NCBI RefSeq assembly: GCF_902652985.1
Contig: NC_047015.1
Location: forward strand, 3,410,001-3,474,000
Direction: 5' to 3'
Length of the DNA: 64,000 nt
Origin: Pecten maximus
Lineage: Eukaryota
The notes under the pieces are model-generated. The model worked only from the letters and a program-made list of their open reading frames with translations, ran no database searches and was not told the origin of the DNA. The number at the start of each line of letters is the position of its first letter. Position 1 is the first letter of the stretch. Shown here in pieces: positions 54,161-64,000 of this stretch. The translations under genes and the position numbers were made by a program.

Positions 54161-54736
54161 TAACAAATATTGCATGGCACTGAGGGCAATATGGGAGTTT
54201 ATGGACTGGTCAGTCACCCAAATATATGTATATGGACCGAAGCGAAGCTGAGGTCCATATACATATATTTGGGTGACTGACCAGTCCATAAACTCCCATA
54301 TTGCCCGAAGTGACATGCAATATTTGTTATATTATACCGAATATGACCAACATGACATGGAAAAAATAAACAACAAGTTGTTCTTAATCATTAAACATTT
54401 AATTTGAAACAAACAAAACGATGCAAAAATACAGGGTGTTCCTTACTGCGTATTTAGTTGCTTGTTTGGTATTGATGGAGTCCTTCGCATCGGTTATCGA
54501 AACAAGTTCGGTTTCGTCCAAGGACGCAAATCTATCACTGCCAGACGCCATTTCGCTCAGTGTCTGAAATGATGACGTCATAATATGACGACGTCAACTT
54601 GGTATTATGACGTCATTTTCATATAGCGTCGGCCCGGAGTCAAGGACTTCGGCCCTTGACTCCGGGCCATATACTATATATGGACCGGAGCAACTACTAG
54701 ACTCAAATAGGCACTTAAATGAATGAGGTATAATAT
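54161..54736 (+). mobile_element. Internally deleted Crypton derivative (hairpin + IRs + YR N-terminal remnant)
   Basis: Hairpin 54161-54329 with loop GCGAAGC (54242-54248). ATATTATACC (54329-54338) pairs with GGTATAATAT (54727-54736). The minus-strand peptide MASGSDRFASLDETEL...SINTKQATKYAV (from 54551) resembles exon 1 of the YR at 29612. Confidence 0.78.
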
Positions 54737-55624
54737 TATTTACTATTACTCGACTTATTTGAAATTATAAAAACAACTTGGAACTCCGTTCGCTCTTAAA
54801 CTTTCCATGGTGCTTTATCTTTCAAAATAACTCTTCAAATATAGGTTTGTCATAATAATAGCAATACAGTACTAATGTTATTATGTTACATGTATATCTG
54901 ATGTAAAGCTTATAGATTTTGATTCTCGAGGAAAATATAAAGTAAATACTTGTTTGGGTGTTTATGTTTTACGGCCCATCGACAACTAGGGTCATTTAGG
55001 ACCAAACAATATACTATCGGTTTTTATTTTCAAAGTTAAACTCAGATAAAATTTGTCATTTTTAAAAGCATTCGTATTGTATATTTAGATCATTATGATA
55101 AAAAAGTTGTTTAAAAAGGTAAAATATATATATGTATGAATAGATTATGTGAGCTTTGTGACACAAATAGAACGTCTAAGAGAGTAACGTAAAAGACATC
55201 AAAGTCTATAAAATAGATCGATTTTTTTCAAGTAGCAAAATATTTATTTCGAATCCACGGAACTGAAAAGGGCCTTCATATCCGGGACTTGAAAGTATTT
55301 ATCACGAATGTGCTTGAAATCGGAACATTCTATTAAAAAATGCTCTACTGTGAATTGAGCATCACATGCATAACACACCGGTGAATCCTCTCGTTTCAAG
55401 AGGAACGAATGAGTAAGATATGTGTGCCCACAGGTGAAAACGACAGGTTATGTGAAACGTATTAAATTGATTCTCTGTTGTATTCTGAAGCAACGTTTAC
55501 CTGTTGAAAATATGTTAGCATATCATATATGGAACATTATCTAAACGCATACATTATATATAAGGTATAAAGTATGTGGTAACATGATGATCTTAATAAT
55601 AAAGTAATCATGTAAACGTCTTTG

Positions 55625-56135
55625 TTGTATCTGTCTGTCAGCATTGTCTGGTTTCTGTCTGTCTTTCTGTCTGTCAGCATTGTCTGGTTTCTGTCTGTCT
55701 TTCTGTCTGCCAGCATTGTATGTCTGGTTTCTGTCTGTCTTTCTGTCTGCCAGCATTGTCTGTCTGGTTTCTGTCTGTCTTTCTGTCTGCCAGCATTGTA
55801 TGTCTGGTTTCTGTCTGCCTTAATGTCTGCCAGTATTGTCTGTCGGGTTTCTGTCTGTCTTTCTGTCTGCCAGCATTGTATGTCTGGTTTCTGTCTGTCT
55901 TTCTATCTGCCAGCATTGTATGTCTGGTTTCTGTCTGTCTTTCTGACTCCCAGCATTGTATGTCTGGTTTCTGTCTGTCTTTCTGACTCCCAGCATTGTC
56001 TGTCTGGTTTCTGTCTGTCTTTCTGACTCCCAGCATTGTCTGTCTGGTTTCTGTCTGTCTTTCTGACTCCCAGCATTGTCTGTCTGGTTTCTGTCTGTCT
56101 TTCTGTCTGCCAGCATTTGTATGTCTGGTTTCTAT
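55625..56135. repeat. ~40-bp CTGT-rich minisatellite
   Basis: Unit TGTCTGGTTTCTGTCTGTCTTTCTGTCTGCCAGCATTGT(A/C). Confidence 0.95.
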
Positions 56136-56159
56136 CTGAAGTAAATTCTTTGGGTTGTT

Positions 56160-56270
56160 GTTTTGGGTTGTTTTTGTTTAACGTCCTTTTAACAGCAAGG
56201 GTCATTTAAGGATTTGTCAGGTTTTGGAGGTGGAGGAAAGTCGGAGTACCTGGAGAAAAAATACCGGCTG
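56160..56270 (-). mobile_element. SINE 3' fragment
   Basis: TTTAACGTCC...GGTCATTTAAGG...GGAGGAAAGTCGGAGTACCTGGAGAAAA resembles a conserved invertebrate SINE central domain. Confidence 0.5.
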
Positions 56271-56499
56271 GCCATCGCGGCCTGAAGTAAATGCATAAAG
56301 GGGCCGCGATGTAGTAAATGCATAAATACTAATGCGTACATGATTGGACACAGAAATTTGATAAAACGTTATTGGTAACTTAGGTTTATAATTTTATTCC
56401 ATTTGCGATTGATAAAGACTTGCATACTTGATCATGGACTTAACAACACAATGACTAATATACATGTAGAGTCATCATGACAAAGCTAATGGGAGTGTC

Positions 56500-58050
56500 A
56501 ACTAAACACACATACATATGAGACATATGTCAACTGCACGGATATATAAATGCTTGAGACATGTGTCAACGTCATCGGCATACATATGTATAAAACACGT
56601 GTCAATTGCACGGACTACTGAATTTCAGGATATGAGACAGTTGTCAGTTATATGGGCACACAAATGTACAGTGTATGAAAATTGTGTCAACTACACAGAC
56701 ATTTGAATATACATTGTATGAGACATGAGTATAATAAATGGGCATAAAAATGTACAGTGTATGAGATACGTGCATAATACACGGACGTACATAGGTACAG
56801 TGTGTGAGAAACGTGTATACTACACGGACATAAACATGTACAGTGTATAAAACACGTGTATACTTAATGGACATACAAATGTACAGTGTATGAAACACGT
56901 GTATACTTAATGGACATACAAATGTACAGTGTATGAGACACGTGTATACTACACGGACATACAAATGTACAGTGTATGAAACACGTGTATATTACACGGA
57001 CATACAAATGTACAGTGTATGAGACACGTGTATACTACAAGGACATACAAATGTGCAGTGTATGAAACACGTGTATACTACACGGACATACAAATGTACA
57101 GTGTATAAGACACGTGTATACTACACGGACATACAAATGTACAGTGTATGAAACACGTGTATACTACACGGACATACACATGTGCAGTGTATTGGACACG
57201 TGTATACTACACAGACATACAAATGTATAGTGTATAAGACACGTGTATACTTAATGGACATACAAATGTACAGTGTATAAGACACGTGTATACTACACGG
57301 ACGTGTATGATTTATGAGAGTCTGTCCACTAAAGAGATCATACAATGTACAGTGTATGAATCATAGCTTAACTACAAAACCCATCGAATATATAATGTAC
57401 AACCCATGTGAGAACCTATAAATGGTCAGTAAGTTAGACGTACCACAAATGTACAGTGCATGAGACACATTGCGGCTACACAGACACTCAAATTTAAAGG
57501 GTATGAGACACTTGTAAGCTACACGGAAACACAAATGTAGAGTGTATGAGACACAGAAACACAAATGTACAGTGTATGTAGGTTTCATGGACCTATACAT
57601 ACACAGTGTATGAAATACGTGTAAGCTACAAAAGCAAATATATAGCGCATGTGACAAGTGTAGATTACACGGACATCAACATGTACAGCGTATGAGACAC
57701 GTGTAGGTTACAAGGACACATACAATGTACAGCGTATGAGACATGTGTAGGTTACAAGGACACATACAATGTACAGCGTATGAGACATGTGTAGGTTACA
57801 AGGACACATACAATGTACAGCGTATGAGACATGTGTAGGTTACAAGGACACATACAATGTACAACGTATGAGACACGTGTAGGTTACAAGGAGACATACA
57901 ATGTACAGCGTATGAGACACGTGTAGGTTACAAGGACACATACAATGTACAGCGTATGAGACACGTGTAGGTTACACGGACACATACAATGTACAGCGTA
58001 TGAGACACGTGTAGGTTACACGGACACATACAATGTACATGTACAGTGTA
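56500..58050. repeat. 42-44-bp minisatellite family
   Basis: Units GACATACAAATGTACAGTGTATGAGACACGTGTATACTACACG and GACACATACAATGTACAGCGTATGAGACACGTGTAGGTTACAAG, with degenerate edges. Confidence 0.93.
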
Positions 58051-61000
58051 TGAGACCGGTGTAAACAACAAGGACATACAGGAGAAAATAATAATACAAC
58101 CGTAAAAAGACGGCAAAATACGAACTTAGACATAGGCATCAGCCATATGGAGACGAAGAAAATAAGACCAGGCAATCCATGGGTGAGGAAATAAAACATG
58201 AGATTATGATATCGAGCCTTTCCCATGTTCCTTATAAATCTATCTCTCAAAACCTTGTGTTGTAAATATCTCTTCAGTATCATCAGTAGTCTACATCTGT
58301 CAAGGAAATTGTGATAATTTAAACTTGTCTTTTAATATCGAAAAAAACAGGGGCAGGAAAACATCGTATATCAGGGACACAAGAATCTATCTAGAAATGG
58401 AAAATTGACATTTAGCAAATTGAAATCATCATTATGATCATACTGTTGATTTGCCCGGTGTTCTTGCTGGAATTTTTTTTTAAAATATTTATCAACAAAT
58501 CGAGGAGAAAGTCAGTCTTGTTTAATTTAAATGTCTTATTTTTGTTTGAGTGAGTTAACTTTGTACAGTATCAACGTTATAAAATCATACTTAATCAGGT
58601 CTATGTGTATTCATAATTCAACAGAGCGACAAAAAGCATTTCATCTTTGCAGAGTAATGTTAGGAGAGAGACGGATATATTTCCATGCAGGATGCAAACG
58701 TCAGTGCACTCACAAGTAGCACAGTTCAAGGGAGAAAATTCATACATTTTCCGCAAAGAAATCAAAATTAAAACTAGAAAAAAATGATAATATTTATGAT
58801 AAAACAAAACCAAATGAAAGTAATCTACAGACCATTTACTTTGTTTATTTTTATATATCAATTTTCAGACACATAAACTGATTTTTTTAAATCATGACCC
58901 AGTTCCCCATTCCTGTTTAATGGATGTTGTATTGAAATAAACGACACAGAAATGTGGTTTGCCATCTGTCCTGTACATCATGTAGCTCTGTTGAGTGAAA
59001 TGCTTCTTAGTAGAATCCTCAGATTAGTCAAAAAGGTATTTCTTGTACAAGTGTAGAAAATAATTGTAAATACAAAAGTTTAGATAGTAAACGACTGTAA
59101 CAGGACCTCAGTCACTGACCTTGTTAAATTAGAATCTCGTTTTTTCAAGAACAGATGCAGATACGTAAATAAGTCAATATCCACAAATACACATGACGTT
59201 CCCACATTCTTTTCAGACAGCAATAGGTATGGGACTAGATGCTCGAACTTTGTGAATGTGGATATAGATAAGATTCATATTGATTATATTATTATATTAT
59301 CTACATGGAAGGGAGACAATGCTATCAGACATATATTTATCTCATAACCTTTTTGATTGCAAACTTAGCAACTAAATTATGTAACGAGACAAAGACAATT
59401 TCGTGATAAAAGAAAGTTTATCATCGATTATGGGTGAATACATGTTAATTTTAAAATATTTGTAAATTGTCATAAACGGGTCACTGCAAGTCACACACCA
59501 CTAACAAATTAGTACCATCTATCATGAACGGTTCACTGCAAGTCACAGACCTCTAACAAATTAGTACCCTCTATACATGTGTATGTCACTGTAAATCCCT
59601 CACCTTAGATTAAGGGATATGATCTGTTAGAATGATAATGTATTTAGGAAAATATGTTTGCACCCTTGACTATATTCTTCCAAAAGAATTTGTGAACACA
59701 ATTAAGGTACTTCATAAGCGGACTACAGAAGCAGATATGTCTGATTTACAAAAAGTGACAAAGGAACACTTAGACAAAAGGGATATGATTTCATTTCTGA
59801 GATATATGTACCTGTCTTCTTTTGATCTAGTGACATTTAAATGAATATCATTCATGTTCCAGAAAATGTAATGTGATGTCCAATATTCAAATATTCAAGT
59901 TGGCCTCCATTCATCTTTGCCGAAAGACTATGTCAGAGGTGTTCTTCCTCCAGCTTGCGTCAACTTGTTCCTTTATACTAAAACTATAAGGTTTCTGTGT
60001 TTAAGCCTTTCAAAGTTTGCCTTTGACCTCTATACAATGCCACAAGGGTAAAATTGGTTAAAGCCTTCAAGAACATCATTTGGGAGGAATGAAAAAAAAA
60101 AAAAAAAAAAAAAAAAAGAAATACTGGTCAATGTATGTTCTTAGGATAAAATCTGATACAATATCCGAAAAGAAATTACTCAAAGTAGCAGGGGTCAAAT
60201 TATGAAAGCATACCAATGACTTCTTTTTATTGACCAAAGGACCTAGAATCCAGATATCTGACTTGGGATTACCTGGGATATCTGACCTATATTAAAGATC
60301 ACAAATGTTTATTTTGTTTAAATATTCAAACGACTTCTTTGGCTTATATGAAAGGACTAGAACCAAAATATTTAAATAGCATCTTCCTTGGATGACGCCC
60401 GACAAAAAATGACCTTGACCTATGATCAAGGTCACAGGTGTCACCTTTGTTGATGACGTCCGAATGTCTTCTTATAATTAACTAAACGACCTCGATCAAT
60501 AGACACGTTTTATGGCATACATGTTTCGTGCTATCGTATAACTTGTTTCGCAATTATGATTTTTGACAAACCGTCCTATACACAGTATAACCTGGACGAC
60601 ATTACCTATTGTGACGACAAGGGCCAACACCCACGTGATCCTTGCCAATACAAATCTATTTAGTTATTGTTATATTACAATTTCAAAAACCAAACTGTTA
60701 TAAAATTCTGCAAATGTAGCCCCAATTGTCTGATGCACATTTAAAAGGTGTACATATCCCGATCTGTTGGATCCGTTTCTTGTCCAAGTCGGTGAGAACA
60801 ACCACCCGGACTAGGTACAGGAATTTCGACCAGCATCAAAGGTATTTTTTACATTTGTTAAGATGGATTTGATTGGGGTTAATATTTACAACGTTTTTGT
60901 TTCCCTAAACATTCTACAATGGCCTGTACTTTCAAAGAGAGACGAAGGTTTTCTAATAAGCTACATTTAAACACTAATGTGACTTCCGTGTATTGAGATA

Positions 61001-64000
61001 TACTACTTGCTTAGCTGCGGTAATACTGGCAAAGTTGTGTGTCCACTATAATCACACTTTTGTCCAATATACATACGCACACACTGAGTATTAAAATTCA
61101 GAGAATATAACTCATGGATTTTAATTCGAAGAAGTAAACCGTGTATACATAACTCAATAAAGTGTTATCAAATATAAGTTATTCAATAATAATCCATTGG
61201 CCACTTTTTCGCACTGGTGTCATGTTTAATGTTTTAGGTCGTCTCGAATGATATATTGTCATTTTGTTTCGTCGGTCTCCGTAGACGTCCGCAAACATAT
61301 CCATTCAAAATACTACCCAAAACACTAACGGCAATGCAGATTTTAACCAAATTTGGTCTGAATTACAATCGGGACCTGAAATTTCAATGTTATACGTGTA
61401 TATTCACTAATTAAGATGCCAGTCTTAGTATCGTTCAATCAGAACAGTACTTTCTCTTCACTACAAAGATGTTTAGTCTCTAGTTCCTCAGAGGACAAAT
61501 AAGTAGCCGATTTATTCTACTTTTGTAAGATACATTGTAGGGTAACACAAACTAGACCATCGATATTACGTTTGTTTTGAAATCGTATCTGATAAAAGCA
61601 GCAACAACAAAAATCGAGGAGAATTCCAACTGGAATGGCGCTATGTATTGTTGTAAAGCAGTATGTCATTAAAACTGAAACTGTACGCTACGAATTCTCG
61701 CTCTTCTCGCGTAGCCATACTTGCTTCGCGTTACTTTTAATTACAGATCATTTTATAGTTGTCGCCATGAAACAAGGCGTACATTTTACCTATTTAAAAC
61801 AAATCTGTAATAAAAAATAAACTAGCATTATTACAGAGAGTTTCATCCTAAAAGTATCGACAGGAAAGAACTTCTGAGACATGTACTTGAATCTCCAATC
61901 ACAGTAAAGTAACAGTTTGTGTGTCATTTAACTGCAAAGGTTTTGGATTGACTCTTTAAACCAGGAAAGAGTTGGTAATTAATATAAAAGTACATTATTA
62001 AATTAGATATTTATAGAATTTTCTGCAGGTATACGTCATAATTTCGTTCAACGTGAAATGTATCTTCTTTCTTACAAAATCATTGCCATTTAAACGTTCG
62101 TGTACATTTTCGTGTCTTGTCAAAATAACTCGATCTCGCGAGGATTTGTCAAAGAATTTTTGCTTCTTATTTTGAAGTGATTTTTTTTTCTTTTTTATAA
62201 AACCGTTATTAACTAACCTTCAAGCTAGTTTTTAGTATAGGTAGATGTGAGTATACACGTGTATGTATTGAAACATAATTACCATTTATTTAATGGTATA
62301 CGTAAAACACGAAGGATCAAGTACAAGAAAGGTAAAAAAAAACAAATAATGTATGTCACAGAATGGCCGTGTAGATATAAAATTAATCATTCGCTCTGCT
62401 ATAAATCTGAAGTCAAATATCCGTTTAGTTAAATAATCATTTTGATTTTGACATGCATGTATACAGCACAGTAACAATGATAATCACAATCTAATCGAAC
62501 TATGTTGTTGCTCATTCCAAAGACTTTAACAATATTATGATTTTACATAAAGATTACGTAATTACGCCACTCCGTTTTTTCTGAACATCTATTATGATGA
62601 GTGACATAATCAGATAAACCCAACTTTGTAATGATGGACCGCTGAACACATACATAGTCTATCATATTTATAATAAGTAGGCCAAATATATCCAAGTACA
62701 ATGTATATAGGTATACAGATGTCATTTAATTTAATATTCTTGCACGCGCCACTGCACACAAATCATGAAACGAGCTTACGTTACATTTTGATGCGTAATC
62801 AATCTGTTCCATCCGTCAAACAGGGGTCTAATGATAGCTTTGTTGCTACTAAATCCACCATCTTAATAGAATCTAAGATGATTTAGCACAAACAAAGATT
62901 GTTAAACGAATCGGTGTCGCTGTTTTGAAGTTTTATTTTAGATTGCGATTTACGAAGAAGCTATTGCAAAACTGTTCAAATACCTGTTTAGTAAATAATC
63001 ACCCAGGACGTTTGGAAGTATTTTCAGTCTGTAGTCATGACCGAAATTAATCGATTTACAAATTAGTTATGTGAATAGGTTTGTTTTTGTGTAATATACA
63101 AATCAAATAACGGGCTAAACATTGTATCATTAATCCTACGTTTCGTTCTGGAGCTTACAAAATCGGTTATGTGTTATTTTCGTCATCTGGCCTAGACCAA
63201 AGACTTACATGTAAATACGTGATATGTATAGGGACCAACAAATCAATTGTTTTCCCATAGACTTTAGTGTTAACGTTTTGGAGTATTTCATTCAAATTCT
63301 TGAATTCAATAAGACAATTATGGTTTATAACACCTAATCAAAAAAAAAAAAAAAAAAAAAAAAATATTGGGTCCTTCAGCTTAAATTTTCTCCAGGGTAG
63401 CCATTTTGAAAATGGGTGAATTTCGCAGTAAAAATTCTTAAAAAATCTTAAATGTTTACCTGTTAATTATTATTACCTGAACTTTTGGGGAAAAAATCAA
63501 TCGGACTTACGAAATTTATATCAACATTTCTTATTGATAGTTACCTTTCAGGCTACATATCTATTTTATTTTCTCACTTCATAACATACTTGCCAATCAG
63601 TGGCTGCCAGACATTTTATCCTTGACTCAATTTTCTGTACACAGGGGCTGTTTCAATTTTTTTTTTTTTCATTTGGTTGGTTGTTCCCTATAACGTCTCT
63701 GTGTAGACATTCTATCTAGTATTACGGCTAGTTCCACAGGTGAGCTGGCTGTCTAAGAAACCCCGTTTGTATTCGACAATCCCTTGATCAATATTTCATA
63801 AAAGCAACGTTTTATATCTATCATTTACATCATCCAGTGTCCGCCATTTTTCTCGACTACACAACCGGGCACGTCCAAAACAAGGCGATGTCGTTAAAAA
63901 CCCTTCTTAAGAAACTTACTGCCCAATGAAGAAACCTTTTAATTCCTGAAATTGTGATTACTTTATATTAGGAAATGTCTTATCTCTTCGTGTTATAAAA

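Noticed and set aside
55541-58283. Repetitive ORFs on both strands
   Set aside because: They are open frames within low-complexity minisatellites.

Overview
AT-rich animal genomic DNA. A bivalve mollusc is likely, inferred from the repeat families and frequent TACATGTA. The window is dominated by transposons and tandem repeats. It holds: a decayed CR1/L2-group LINE with a 2A-like peptide (~1.9-5.9 kb); a 10-exon IS3-like (IS3EU-type) DDE transposase gene and one element terminus (7.2-13.1 kb); a recent ~7.3 kb segmental duplication (14.1-21.4 vs 37.3-44.5 kb) with an internal micro-inversion and PIF/Harbinger ends at its junctions; a second decayed LINE; a HERO-type fragment; and an apparently intact two-exon Crypton tyrosine recombinase (29.6-31.4 kb). 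Two observations stand out. (1) An intact, intronless 617-aa OLD-family ABC-ATPase + TOPRIM nuclease gene (48798-50651), the architecture of P2 Old and Gabija GajA anti-phage proteins, sits behind a spliceosomal acceptor in animal DNA. (2) Several sequence-divergent Crypton-type elements end in ~120-170 nt hairpins, most with GCGAAGC loops and/or tandem G.A pairs that always favour the same strand, reminiscent of integron attC-type folded ssDNA recombination sites. All coordinates were read by eye and no database searches were run.
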